A stretch of 64,000 nucleotides of DNA from an uncultured virus (IMG/VR IMGVR_UViG_3300031758_000053) (taxonomy: Duplodnaviria > Heunggongvirae > Uroviricota > Caudoviricetes): IMG/VR virus record IMGVR_UViG_3300031758_000053. The stretch is one strand, 5' to 3'. The notes below the pieces were generated by a model. That model saw only the letters and a program-made list of their open reading frames with translations, was not told where the DNA came from and did no database searches. Position 1 is the first letter of the stretch. Each line of letters starts with the position of its first letter. The position numbers and the translations under genes are program-made. Of this stretch, positions 27,915 to 37,889 are shown piece by piece.

Positions 27915-30900
27915 ATGTCGAATGGCGGATGGGGCTCAGGCTCCTGGGGTCAAGTTGCATGGGGGATGGGGCTCTATGATGGAGCCTCGTCTGAATCCGC
28001 AACTGCCGCTGATTCCGCTTCTGCAAGATTAGTTTCCCCCCGCGCCGTCTCTGAGACGGCCACAGCCGCTGATGCAACGTCAGCGGTTTTTGCAGTACCC
28101 GCGTCTGTTTCTGAGTCTGCCACCGCAGCAGACTCGATTTCGGCTACACCAAAATACGCGAGAACTGAATCTGAGACAGCAAACGCATCTGATGCTGTCT
28201 CTGTAGCCGCCAGCACGTTCAGACCGTCTATTGCTGAGACGGCAAGGGCATCGGATACAGCGTCTTCAGCCTTAGTTGTTAGGCCGTCAGTCGCAGAAAC
28301 GGCCACTGCAGCGGACACGGTCTCCGCCACCGAGACACTACGCCCAACAGTCTCTGAGACTGCAGCGGCGGCAGATGCAACGGTAGTCGCGTCCAGCACC
28401 TTCAGGCCCTCTGTATCAGAAACGGCCAGAGCCAGTGACTCCGTATCAGTCGCAGGCAGCACGTTTAGACCGACTCTGTCAGAGACAGCAACGGCGGCTG
28501 ACTCTGTAACTGCCAGAGAAATACTAGTCCCAACGGTTGCCGAGACAAGCACCGCTTCGGACTCCGTATCGGTCGCCGCCAGCACATTCAGGCCAACGGT
28601 TTCTGAGTCCGCTACTGCAGCAGACGCTACTTCATCGCGCACCGCCTTCGGTTCGTCGGTCTCAGAGACCACCACAGCGTCGGATGCTTCAACTGCAAGG
28701 CAGATATTCCAAGCCTACATAGGAACGTCTGGCTGGGGTTCTGGAGCTTGGGGCGGAGATCCTTGGGGGGGTTTGAACGACACAGCCGCGTCTATCTCTG
28801 ACTCGGTTGTTGCTTCGCCTGTTGCCAACGGCGCTGTCTCTGAGACTGCCAGGGCGTCAGACTCGGTATCCGTCGCAGCCAGCACGTTTAATCCAGCCAT
28901 CTCTGAGACGGCATCAGCGTCTGACACGGTTGTAGCGAGGCAAACCTTTGTTACGTCAGTTAGCGAGACAGCCAACGCTTCTGACAGCATTAGTGCGGCA
29001 CAGACAGCCAGAAGCACCGTATCAGAAACGGCAAACGCATCTGACTCCGTAGTTGCTAGGCAGGGCTTTACCTCCGCAGTTTCAGAAACTGCCAGAGCAT
29101 CTGACAGTGTTAGCACAACGCAGACGTTTGTCTCGTCTGTATCAGAGACGGCAAACGCTTCTGATTCCGTAGTTGCGCGTCAGACATTTGCAACGGCAGT
29201 TTCGGAAACGTCCACAGCACTAGATGCAGTAACTGCTAGACAAACATTTGCATCGTCTGAAAGTGAGACGGCAACTGCATTTGACAGTGTTAGTGCTGCG
29301 CAAACATTTAGTAACTCTGCATCTGAAACTGCCACAGCCTCTGACGCCACTTCATCGGCGCAAGGATTTGGTGTCTCTATATCTGAGACTGCCCGCGCAT
29401 CAGATACAAGCTCCGCTGCTCAAACATTTGCCACAGCAATTTCTGAGACCGCTACAGCACTAGATGCTGTGGCTGCGCGGCAGGTATTTGCAACGGCAGT
29501 TTCGGAAACGGCCAATGCGTCAGACGCAGTAGCGGCAGGGCAGTCATTCAGTACAAGTGCATCCGAGACTGCGCGTGCATCCGATGCGGTATCTGTAGCC
29601 GCCAGCACGTTTAACGCCTATATCGGCACTTCTGGTTGGGGTTCTGGTGCCTGGGGTGGAGACCCTTGGGGCGGCTTAAATGATACGGCAGCAAGTATCT
29701 CAGACGCCGTTTCTGCATCGCCTGCATTCTTTGGTTCTGTATCGGAGACGGTTAGAGCATCTGACGCATTTGCTGTTGCTGCAAGCACATTTAACACCGC
29801 AGTATCTGAAACAGCTAGGGCGTCTGATTCTGTTGCGGTTAGCCAGACGTTTGTTACCGCCGTTAGTGAGACCGCAAACGTATCTGACAGTACTGCAGCT
29901 TCTCAAGCATTTGTTGCCGCTACATCTGAAACAGCCAGAGCATCTGACGCAGTTGCCGCATCCCAAAGTTTTGGGGCTTCTGTATCTGAAACAGCCAGAA
30001 CCTCTGATGCAGTCAGTTCTGCGCAAGCGTTTAACACAGCAGTATCAGAGACAGCCAGGGCGTCCGACTCTGTATCAACCATACAGACGTTTGCTACAGC
30101 AGTATCAGAGACAGCTTCTGCATCGGACTCTGTCTCCGCAGGGCAAGTATTCGCTGCTAATACTTCAGAGACGGCTCGCGCATCTGACTCCGTATCTGTA
30201 GCGTCTAGCGTCTTCAACGCCTACATCGGAACTTCTGGCTGGGGCTCGGGGGCTTGGGGTGAAGACCCGTGGGGCGGCTTAAACGACACCGCCGCAACTG
30301 CACTGGATGTAGTTTCTGCGTCCCCCGCATTCAATGCGTTTGCATCTGAAACGGCACAAGCCTCTGATGCTTTCGCGGTCGCTGCCAGCACGTTTAATGG
30401 TCTGGTTGCCGAAACTGCCACCGCAACAGACTCCGTAGCAGCCCGCCAAGTATTTGCAACGTCAGTAACAGAGACGGCCACTGCGGCGGATAGCGTTGTT
30501 GCCACCCAATCGTTCGTAGCGGCTGTATCTGAGACGGCAACTGCGGCAGACCAAACGCAGGCGTCTCAAGCGTTTACATCGGCTGTTTCTGAAACGGCTA
30601 GGGCATCTGATACCGTTTCAGCGGCCCAGGCACCTACCTCAACAACTTCTGAAACCGCAACCGCATCTGACGCGGTTTCAACACAACAAGTCTTTGCCAC
30701 AGCGGTCACAGAGAGTGCCACGGCTGCTGATAGCACATCAGCAGGGCAGCGTTTTGTAACCAACGTAGCTGAAACGGCCACAGCGGCTGACTCCGTATCT
30801 GTTGCCGCAAGCACGTTCAACGCATTTATTGGCACTCAAGGCTGGGGTTCCGGAGCCTGGGGTGAGGATCCTTGGGGCGGTTTAAACGACACTGCTGCGA

Positions 30901-31802
30901 GCGCTTCGGACGCGGTCTCTGCATCACCTGTGTTCTTCGGGGCTGTATCAGAGGCAGCACAAGCCTCTGATGCCTTCGCTGTCGCGGCCAGCACGTTCAA
31001 TCCAGCCGTAAACGAAGCTGCTGCCGTCTCTGACGCTGCGTCTGCACAGCAAATCTTCGCCACGGCAGTCTCTGAGAACGCACAGGCGTCTGACGCTGTT
31101 GCATCAGGGCTTCTCTCATCGGCCAACATTTCGGAGACAGCAACAGCCAGCGATGTTGTTTCTGCTGGCAGCGTATTCAATGTAAGCGTCAGTGAAGGTG
31201 TAACTGCTGCCGACGCAGTCACGACCACGACCATCACGCCCGCCAGCGTGAGTGAGACTGCACGAGCCGCAGACTCCGTAGTTGCCAAGGTTGACTGGCA
31301 AGCCAGCATGAGCGAAGCCGCTCAAGCGATGGAGTTGTTTGATGCTGGCAAGCTGTTCATTGCAACACTGCTGGAGCAGTGTGGGGCGTTTGATTCAATC
31401 TTTGCCCAGAATCGCTGGCAGACCATTGACGACACGCAGAACCCTAACTGGCAAGTTGTCCCAGACGGACAGACGCCGGGGTGGCAGCACATCCAAGACT
31501 CGCAGACGCCTGGGTGGCAGCACATCAACGATACCCAGAGCCCTGCATGGCAATGCGCCACCACCGCTCAAACCCCAACCTGGGTCTTAGTAACTGACAC
31601 ACAAGCGCCTGGGTGGCAGTGTGTCACCACCGCGCCATCCCAGCCGTGGCAGAATGTAACAACTGCACAAGCGCCGGTATGGCAACCCACGCCCCCCGCC
31701 CCTCTTGACGGCTGGCAGAATGTAGACGATGATCAGTCTGCCGGGTGGCAAGATGTGGAGAGCCCTGAGTCAGCCGAGTGGGCTGATATTGATACGGGCT
31801 AA
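27915..31802 (+). CDS. 1295-aa Ser/Thr/Ala repeat fibre protein
   Basis: Roughly 50 copies of a 19-20-aa SETA.ASD.V unit, punctuated by four GWGSGAWG.DPWGGLNDTAA blocks; C-terminal Q.P.WQ repeats. Confidence 0.85.
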   Translation: MSNGGWGSGSWGQVAWGMGLYDGASSESATAADSASARLVSPRAVSETATAADATSAVFAVPASVSESATAADSISATPKYARTESETANASDAVSVAASTFRPSIAETARASDTASSALVVRPSVAETATAADTVSATETLRPTVSETAAAADATVVASSTFRPSVSETARASDSVSVAGSTFRPTLSETATAADSVTAREILVPTVAETSTASDSVSVAASTFRPTVSESATAADATSSRTAFGSSVSETTTASDASTARQIFQAYIGTSGWGSGAWGGDPWGGLNDTAASISDSVVASPVANGAVSETARASDSVSVAASTFNPAISETASASDTVVARQTFVTSVSETANASDSISAAQTARSTVSETANASDSVVARQGFTSAVSETARASDSVSTTQTFVSSVSETANASDSVVARQTFATAVSETSTALDAVTARQTFASSESETATAFDSVSAAQTFSNSASETATASDATSSAQGFGVSISETARASDTSSAAQTFATAISETATALDAVAARQVFATAVSETANASDAVAAGQSFSTSASETARASDAVSVAASTFNAYIGTSGWGSGAWGGDPWGGLNDTAASISDAVSASPAFFGSVSETVRASDAFAVAASTFNTAVSETARASDSVAVSQTFVTAVSETANVSDSTAASQAFVAATSETARASDAVAASQSFGASVSETARTSDAVSSAQAFNTAVSETARASDSVSTIQTFATAVSETASASDSVSAGQVFAANTSETARASDSVSVASSVFNAYIGTSGWGSGAWGEDPWGGLNDTAATALDVVSASPAFNAFASETAQASDAFAVAASTFNGLVAETATATDSVAARQVFATSVTETATAADSVVATQSFVAAVSETATAADQTQASQAFTSAVSETARASDTVSAAQAPTSTTSETATASDAVSTQQVFATAVTESATAADSTSAGQRFVTNVAETATAADSVSVAASTFNAFIGTQGWGSGAWGEDPWGGLNDTAASASDAVSASPVFFGAVSEAAQASDAFAVAASTFNPAVNEAAAVSDAASAQQIFATAVSENAQASDAVASGLLSSANISETATASDVVSAGSVFNVSVSEGVTAADAVTTTTITPASVSETARAADSVVAKVDWQASMSEAAQAMELFDAGKLFIATLLEQCGAFDSIFAQNRWQTIDDTQNPNWQVVPDGQTPGWQHIQDSQTPGWQHINDTQSPAWQCATTAQTPTWVLVTDTQAPGWQCVTTAPSQPWQNVTTAQAPVWQPTPPAPLDGWQNVDDDQSAGWQDVESPESAEWADIDTG

Positions 31803-31826
31803 GTTTTTGACCTTCTGAGGTAACCC

Positions 31827-33350
31827 ATGCCATCAACCTTTACGTCCAGTCTGCGACTGACCCTCCCTGCAACCGGCGAAAACGCCGGAACCTGGGGCAA
31901 TTTGGTCAACACGGGCATCACGACCCTGATCGATACGTCGATTGCGGGGACCGCCAGCATCACTGTTGGCGGAACTGATTACACACTCACCAACAACAAC
32001 GGCACGACAGACGAAGCTCGGGCCATGGTTATCAACGCCACCGGCACTCCGGGGGCTGGAAGAAACGTCATCTGCCCTGCTGCGAGCAAGATGTATGTCT
32101 TCCGCAATAACACCACGGGCGGCTTTGCGATGACGCTCAAGACCTCAGCGGGGTCCGGCATAGCCGTCCCTGCGGGGCAAAGTCGCCTGTTGTACTGTGA
32201 TGGCACCAACGTAGTTGAAACGCTCAATTCGCTCGGTTCTTTGACGCTGGGCTCTGCACTTGGCGCAGCATCAGGCGGTACGGGCCTGACGGCATCTGGA
32301 GCCAACGGGAACGTCCTGACCAGCAACGGTACAACGTGGACTTCTGCTGCGCTGCCTGCTGGTGGCCTGACCTACATTTTCACAACTACCGCTGTCACGG
32401 CAACTGACAAGCAGGGTGTTCTGACCAGCACTGCAGGTGGTGCGTTTACGGTCACTTTGCCCGCCACACCAGCCACTGGCGCTCAGGTTGTGATTGCTGA
32501 TGCAGGTGCGTCATGGGGCACCAACAATCTAACGGTTGGGCGAAACGGATCGACCATCGGCGGTTTGGCTGAAAACCTCGTGTGTGACATCACCGGGGTC
32601 AGTGTCCAGTTTGTTTACGACGGTACGACATGGGAGGTGTACGCCCAGGTCGGTGGTCAGGGCGGTAACGTTGCAACCCAGCCGGGTAACAACGCCTTCA
32701 CTGGTGCAAACACCTTCTACAACGCCACGGGCCAGACCTTCGGCACGGCGACATCAACCCAAGACGGCATCATCCTCGCAGGCCGTGCGGGCGGATCGTC
32801 TTCTTTCCGTGCAACCCTGCAGCCCACAACTCTGACGGCAAGCAGAACTTTGACGCTGCCTGACGCAACCAGCACGGTTGCGGTCTTGGGCCTTGCTCAA
32901 ACATTCACGGACACCCAGACCTTCAGTGGCTCCAGCAGTGTGCTGGGAATGGTGCTCAACGATGCAGCAGAAGTCGCCACCATCAGCGCCACAGCAGCGA
33001 CCGGCACGATCAACTACGACATCACCACGCAGTCGGTGCTGTACTACACCACCAATGCCTCTGCCAACTTTACGGTCAACCTGAGAGCCTCTTCAGGAAC
33101 TACGCTGAACACGGCGTTGGCTACAGGCCAATCGGTCACGGTGGTGTTTTTGGTTACAAACGGCGGAACGGCGTACTACAACAACGTAGTGCAGGTTGAC
33201 GGAACTACGTCAGGAGTTACTACCAGATGGCAGGGCGGTACAGCGCCTACAGCGGGTAATGCGTCGAGCGTGGACATCTACTCTTACACGGTAGTAAAAA
33301 CTGCTGCGTCAACGTACAGCGTTTTTGCTGCCCAGACGAGGTTTGCATAA
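31827..33350 (+). CDS. tail fibre protein
   Basis: L.L.LP.TGE..GTWG..VN N-terminus; F.VTLPA.P..G..V...D, NNLTVGRNG; W.GG.APT C-terminus. Confidence 0.8.
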   Translation: MPSTFTSSLRLTLPATGENAGTWGNLVNTGITTLIDTSIAGTASITVGGTDYTLTNNNGTTDEARAMVINATGTPGAGRNVICPAASKMYVFRNNTTGGFAMTLKTSAGSGIAVPAGQSRLLYCDGTNVVETLNSLGSLTLGSALGAASGGTGLTASGANGNVLTSNGTTWTSAALPAGGLTYIFTTTAVTATDKQGVLTSTAGGAFTVTLPATPATGAQVVIADAGASWGTNNLTVGRNGSTIGGLAENLVCDITGVSVQFVYDGTTWEVYAQVGGQGGNVATQPGNNAFTGANTFYNATGQTFGTATSTQDGIILAGRAGGSSSFRATLQPTTLTASRTLTLPDATSTVAVLGLAQTFTDTQTFSGSSSVLGMVLNDAAEVATISATAATGTINYDITTQSVLYYTTNASANFTVNLRASSGTTLNTALATGQSVTVVFLVTNGGTAYYNNVVQVDGTTSGVTTRWQGGTAPTAGNASSVDIYSYTVVKTAASTYSVFAAQTRFA

Positions 33351-34249
33351 TGCCGATGCTCGGAACTCGGGGTGCTGCCTCCGCTCGTGGGTTTGGGATG
33401 CTTGGTCGCTTTGTCGCGCCCCCAGGTCAACAAGCCTATACCGGTGACGGGACTTATTCTTGGGTTTGCCCTGCCGGTGTTACCTCTGTTTCCGTTGTTT
33501 GCGTCGGTGGAGGCGGCGGGGGAGGTGGTGGCAGCAGTGGGTCTTCTGGTGGCGGTGGTGGCGGCGGTGGTGGGGATTTAAGTTACATAAATAATTACTC
33601 AGTTACCCCAGGGGTTAGTTATACCGTAGTTGTTGGTATCTATGGACTTGGAGGAACGGCGAACAACTCGGGCGATTACGGTGGTTCTAGTTACTTTAAT
33701 AATAGCAGCACTGTTCTTGCAAAAGGTGGCAGGGGCGGCGGAACACCATCCGGAGGTTCAGGCCCTGCAAACCCAAACACTACCGTAGGCACTGGAGTTA
33801 ATGCAGGCGGGGCAGGCGGTAACGGTGATGGCGGCGGTTCAGGGGGCGGTGGCGGCACGGGCGGCTATACGGCAGGGGGAGGCCAAGGTGGGCCGTTTAA
33901 CACATCAGGCAGTAGTAGTGCTGGCGACTCAGGTGGCGGTGGGGGCGGTAATGGAGTTCCCGGTGGCGGTGGCGGTGGCGGTGGCATAGGGCTTTTAGGT
34001 TCTGGCAGCGGCGGTTCTGGCGGCGGGTCAGGCGGTAACGGTGGTGGCGGGGGCTCAGGTGGTTTCTCAGGTGGAACGGGTCCAAGTATCGGCGCTGGCG
34101 CGAATGGCGGGCAATACGGTGGTGGTGGCGGTGGAGGTGGGCAGAGCGGGGGCGGCGAGAACGGTGGGTTAGGCAACGTCGGCGCAGTTCGTATCATTTG
34201 GCCCGGGACCACGCGCCAATTTCCATCAACTAATACAGGGAACGTGTAA
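33350..34249 (+). CDS. glycine-rich tail fibre-associated protein
   Basis: GTYSWVCPAGVTSVSVVCVGGGGGG; GAVRIIW. Confidence 0.75.
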   Translation: MPMLGTRGAASARGFGMLGRFVAPPGQQAYTGDGTYSWVCPAGVTSVSVVCVGGGGGGGGGSSGSSGGGGGGGGGDLSYINNYSVTPGVSYTVVVGIYGLGGTANNSGDYGGSSYFNNSSTVLAKGGRGGGTPSGGSGPANPNTTVGTGVNAGGAGGNGDGGGSGGGGGTGGYTAGGGQGGPFNTSGSSSAGDSGGGGGGNGVPGGGGGGGGIGLLGSGSGGSGGGSGGNGGGGGSGGFSGGTGPSIGAGANGGQYGGGGGGGGQSGGGENGGLGNVGAVRIIWPGTTRQFPSTNTGNV

Positions 34250-34711
34250 ATGACACACTTTATCAAACTCAATAATGGCGTACCAGAAGGCAACGTAATT
34301 GTTGAAGAAAATTTGCGTCAAGTTCTTACAAATGCGACATTTCCAACTGTGATAACGGACTCATTTATTGAGCCGTTTGGCTATGGTATTTATGATTTTC
34401 GTAGCCAGCCACCCGTTGCTCGGTATCAAAAAAATATCGAGGTTACTCCTGTAAAAAATCAGTACGGAATCTGGTGTCAAACATGGGAAACAGTTGCTAT
34501 GAGCGATAGCGAGAAAACATTAGAAGATGAGCGTAAATCTGCCGAGGTGCGCTTTACTCGTAATCAAAAGCTCTATCAGACCGACTGGACTCAGTTAATT
34601 GACGCCCCGGTGGACAAAGCCGCATGGGCGGCGTACCGTCAAGAACTGCGTGACATCACTTCTCAAACCGGCTTCCCTTGGGAAGTTCAGTGGCCCACTC
34701 AGCCGGAGTAA
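34250..34711 (+). CDS. tail fibre assembly chaperone
   Basis: RN.KL..TDWTQL.DAP.DK.AWA.YRQ.LRDI..Q.GFP..V.WP..P. Confidence 0.85.
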   Translation: MTHFIKLNNGVPEGNVIVEENLRQVLTNATFPTVITDSFIEPFGYGIYDFRSQPPVARYQKNIEVTPVKNQYGIWCQTWETVAMSDSEKTLEDERKSAEVRFTRNQKLYQTDWTQLIDAPVDKAAWAAYRQELRDITSQTGFPWEVQWPTQPE

Positions 34712-34714
34712 CAC

Positions 34715-35737
34715 ATGGCAAACCTTTCCAACATCATCACGCCCAGTAACGTCCTGACGGCGACCAGCACCAACACGCTGAGCAACAAGACGATCAGCGG
34801 GGCCAGCAATACCGTTACGAATATCCCGTTAAGCACGGGCGTGACGGGTACTTTGCCTGTAGCTAATGGCGGCACAGGCGTTACATCTGTTGGTACGTCT
34901 GGAAATGTGCTGACCAGTAACGGAACTGCTTGGACAAGTTCTGCACCGCCTGGGGCAGATGTTCAAGTATTTACTTCTTCCGGCACTTGGACCAAGCCAT
35001 CTGGCAAGACGACGGTGATGGTCGGGGTTTGGAGTGGTGGTGGTGGCGGTGCTCGATCTGCCAATAACGAAGATGGCGGTGGAGGTGGTGGAGGCGGCGG
35101 TTATTTTCAAAAAATATTTACTGCCGCGTCCTTAGGGTCAACGGAGTCTGTCACTATTGGTGCAGGTGGGGCAGGTGGCACCACCACTAACTCTGTTGGT
35201 TCTGCTGGGGGCACTTCATCTTTCGGCTCCTTGATCTCTTTGGCCGGAGGTCAGGGAGGTTCTATATCAAGTAGCCCTGGTGTCCCTGGAGCCCCTCCAC
35301 AAGGGGGTCAAGGTGCTGCTGGTACTTATCCAGATTACACATTTGCGTCAGTATTTGGAGGTGGATCTGGAGCAAAAGGCGGGAATGGGACTACTAGTTT
35401 TGAAGGCGGTCGTTCTGCTTTTGGCGGTGGTGGTGGAGGTAGCGGCGGTCGTGGCCCTGCAAACCAAGCAGGTGGTGCAGGTGGATTATCTGGCGCTTCA
35501 AGCGCAATTGTTTATGTGGGTGGCGGTGGTGCTGGCGGCTCTTCTGGTGTAGCTGGTACTGCGGGAACTAATGGATCAGGTGGGGGTGGTGGCGGCGGAA
35601 CTAATAGCGGCACGGCTGGAGCGGGTGGGGCAGGAGGTTTTCCTTCTGGTGGAGGTGGCGGCGGAGGAACCGGAAGTGTTGCGTCTGGAAACGGGGGCAA
35701 TGGCGCTGCTGGTCAAGTTATCGTAATTTCTTGGTAA
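34715..35737 (+). CDS. glycine-rich fibre protein
   Basis: TGTLPVANGGTG; FTSSGTWTKP; Gly-rich domain. Confidence 0.75.
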   Translation: MANLSNIITPSNVLTATSTNTLSNKTISGASNTVTNIPLSTGVTGTLPVANGGTGVTSVGTSGNVLTSNGTAWTSSAPPGADVQVFTSSGTWTKPSGKTTVMVGVWSGGGGGARSANNEDGGGGGGGGGYFQKIFTAASLGSTESVTIGAGGAGGTTTNSVGSAGGTSSFGSLISLAGGQGGSISSSPGVPGAPPQGGQGAAGTYPDYTFASVFGGGSGAKGGNGTTSFEGGRSAFGGGGGGSGGRGPANQAGGAGGLSGASSAIVYVGGGGAGGSSGVAGTAGTNGSGGGGGGGTNSGTAGAGGAGGFPSGGGGGGGTGSVASGNGGNGAAGQVIVISW

Positions 35738-35743
35738 ATCGCT

Positions 35744-35989
35744 ATGAAAAACTACGCAATTATTGAGTCCGACATCGTCATAAACGCCGTTCTAGCATCT
35801 CCCGAATACGCAGCAGAACAGGGCTGGGTAGCACTGCCAGAGGGAGCGGGCATTGGTTGGTCCTTCGATGGCACCAACTGGACAGCACCCCCTCCCTCGC
35901 CTTCTGCGCCTGAACCTTCTAGCCCGACCAAAGAAGAACTGCTTGCTCAAATTCAGGCTTTGCAGGCGCAAATTAACGCACTGCCATGA
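35744..35989 (+). CDS. fibre-associated small protein
   Basis: YAIIE...V.N..., IGW.FDG..W..P. Confidence 0.65.
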   Translation: MKNYAIIESDIVINAVLASPEYAAEQGWVALPEGAGIGWSFDGTNWTAPPPSPSAPEPSSPTKEELLAQIQALQAQINALP

Positions 35990-36399
35990 CCCAAGCAGAC
36001 GAAATCAAACTGCTTCAAGAGCAGGCCCGTGCCGAGTTAAACAGGCTTGAAGCCCAAAGCACAGCCAAGGAAGTCGCTGGCAAAGCCATCGGCAAGCAGG
36101 GGCTGTTCTACATCACGTTCATCGTGGTGATCGGTGTCTTGGCCTCCTTGGCGCTTGAATCCGAGAAGATTGCTGCGGTAATGGGTCTGCTTGGTGCTGC
36201 GTTGACGGCGCTTATCTCCATGCTTAACGGTATTGCCGGGGCCAACCCCAAGCAAGAGAAGCCTGAGTTTGAGGTCATCAAGTCCCTGATTGAAAAGCTC
36301 GACAGGCTTGACCGTCCAGAGCAGCCCATGCGTGTGGATGTAAACGACGGCAAGGTCACGGTCACCAAGGGTGAAGACACCATCACCACAAGGAGCTAA
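35986..36399 (+). CDS. two-TM membrane protein (lysis cassette)
   Basis: Two hydrophobic helices; precedes the holin. Confidence 0.65.
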   Translation: MTQADEIKLLQEQARAELNRLEAQSTAKEVAGKAIGKQGLFYITFIVVIGVLASLALESEKIAAVMGLLGAALTALISMLNGIAGANPKQEKPEFEVIKSLIEKLDRLDRPEQPMRVDVNDGKVTVTKGEDTITTRS

Positions 36400-36401
36400 A
36401 C

Positions 36402-36905
36402 ATGCTGTCCCTTCTCTCAACGCTTGGGGGCCTGCTCATCAGCGGCTTGCCGAAGCTGCTTGATTACTTCCAGAACCGCGCAGACCAGAAGCACGAACTT
36501 GAACTTGCCCGCGTGCAGATCGAGCGGGAGTTGCAGCTTGCTGCCCAAGGTTTTGCTGCCCAGGCCCGCATGGAAGAGATCCGCACCGACCAGATTGCCA
36601 TGCAGACTGAGGCCAAGATGACCGAGGCTGCGCTCGACCATGACAAGAAGGTGCTGGAGAAGGCCAGCAAGTGGGTCGCCAGCTACGTGGGCACCGTCAG
36701 GCCGACGGTCACGTACATCTTCATCCTTGAGCTTGTCGCCATTAACGCAGCCATCGCTTGGTATGCGTTTAATCAGCAGGGGTTGATCAACAACGTGGAT
36801 GACCTCATCCGCATCACTACGGTGATCTTCTCTGATGACGAGATGGCAATGCTTGGGGGTATACTAGGGTTTTGGTTTGGATCGCGTAGCTGGAGCAAGA
36901 AATGA
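36402..36905 (+). CDS. putative holin (3TM-type)
   Basis: VRP.VTY, TM helices, I.GFWFG.R C-terminus; next to the endolysin. Confidence 0.7.
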   Translation: MLSLLSTLGGLLISGLPKLLDYFQNRADQKHELELARVQIERELQLAAQGFAAQARMEEIRTDQIAMQTEAKMTEAALDHDKKVLEKASKWVASYVGTVRPTVTYIFILELVAINAAIAWYAFNQQGLINNVDDLIRITTVIFSDDEMAMLGGILGFWFGSRSWSKK

Positions 36906-37387
36906 CTATTGGTTTGTACGCTGTTGTCAATAAACACAATGGCAGGGCGTACATTGGCAGCTCCACAAATGTTGAACTGCGAATGCGGCATCACAAGTGC
37001 TACATCAATACAGGTCGGTTTTTGCACTATCAAGGCTACGCTGAAGACGCAAAGGCGTATGGCGTAGGCGGTTTTGACTTTAAGGTGATTTGCAAAACCG
37101 ACTCAATTGAAGAGGCAAAAGAACTGGAGACTGCATTTCTTGAAATGTGGTTGAGTGACTTGTACAACAAGGCACCAAGCGCCAATGGTGCAACTGGAGT
37201 CAAGCGCAAACGACATCTTTATGTCAAGGCGGCAGCAAAGCGTCTGGCTGACCCTGACTATCGGGCTAAACTTAGTGCGGCGTGTAAGGGCAAAAGGCAA
37301 GTATTGAAGTGCCCGCATTGCGAGGTTGAAGGCGGCGGCGGGAATATGCGCCGTTATCACTTTGACAAGTGTGGGAGCAAGAAGTGA
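36902..37387 (+). CDS. GIY-YIG homing endonuclease
   Basis: GLYAVVN..NGRAYIGSS..R...H; E...; YN; C-terminal CPHC..MRRYHFDKC. Confidence 0.82.
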   Translation: MTIGLYAVVNKHNGRAYIGSSTNVELRMRHHKCYINTGRFLHYQGYAEDAKAYGVGGFDFKVICKTDSIEEAKELETAFLEMWLSDLYNKAPSANGATGVKRKRHLYVKAAAKRLADPDYRAKLSAACKGKRQVLKCPHCEVEGGGGNMRRYHFDKCGSKK

Positions 37388-37887
37388 AACTGAGCCCCAT
37401 CGGTGCGGCGCTGATGCACCGGTACGAAGGGTATCGGAACAGGCCATATTTATGCCCGGCCCAAATTTGGACGGTTGGCTGGGGAAGAGTTCTGTATCAA
37501 GAGCAGATCAGACTGCCTGTAGTTCGTGTAGGCGACTACCAAGGCATGATCCGCAAAGAGTTCCCGCTGCGCCCTGAAGACAATCGCGCCTGGACTAAAG
37601 ATGAGATTGAAGAGCTCTTCAGCGAAGATGTCGCGTCTTTTGAGCGTGGTGCTCTTCGACTGTCTCCTAATCTGGTTGGTCGTCAAGGCGCATTTGACGC
37701 TGTGGTCTCTTTTGCATTCAACGCAGGCCTGGGAAATTATCAGCGCAGCACCATCCGGATGAAGAATAATCGCGGTGAGTTTGAAGATGCCGCTGATGCA
37801 TTCATGATGTGGACAAAGGGTGGTGGCAAGGAATTGCCAGGACTGGTCAGGCGGCGCAGGGATGAACGTGCGTTGTTTTTGGGGTAG
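37384..37887 (+). CDS. endolysin, GH24 lysozyme
   Basis: EG.R..PYLCPA..WTVGWG; FDA.VSFAFN.G.G; GLVRRR..ER.LF; GTG start overlaps the HEG stop. Confidence 0.92.
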   Translation: MKLSPIGAALMHRYEGYRNRPYLCPAQIWTVGWGRVLYQEQIRLPVVRVGDYQGMIRKEFPLRPEDNRAWTKDEIEELFSEDVASFERGALRLSPNLVGRQGAFDAVVSFAFNAGLGNYQRSTIRMKNNRGEFEDAADAFMMWTKGGGKELPGLVRRRRDERALFLG

Positions 37888-37889
37888 TC

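Noticed and set aside
20340..31802. Regularly spaced DNA repeats resembling a CRISPR array
   Set aside because: The repeats are in-frame coding units with third-position variation and no unique spacers; no cas operon is present.
27915..31802. Ice-nucleation or serine-rich adhesin identity
   Set aside because: Lacks the AGYGST octapeptide periodicity and any signal or anchor; context is a virion operon.
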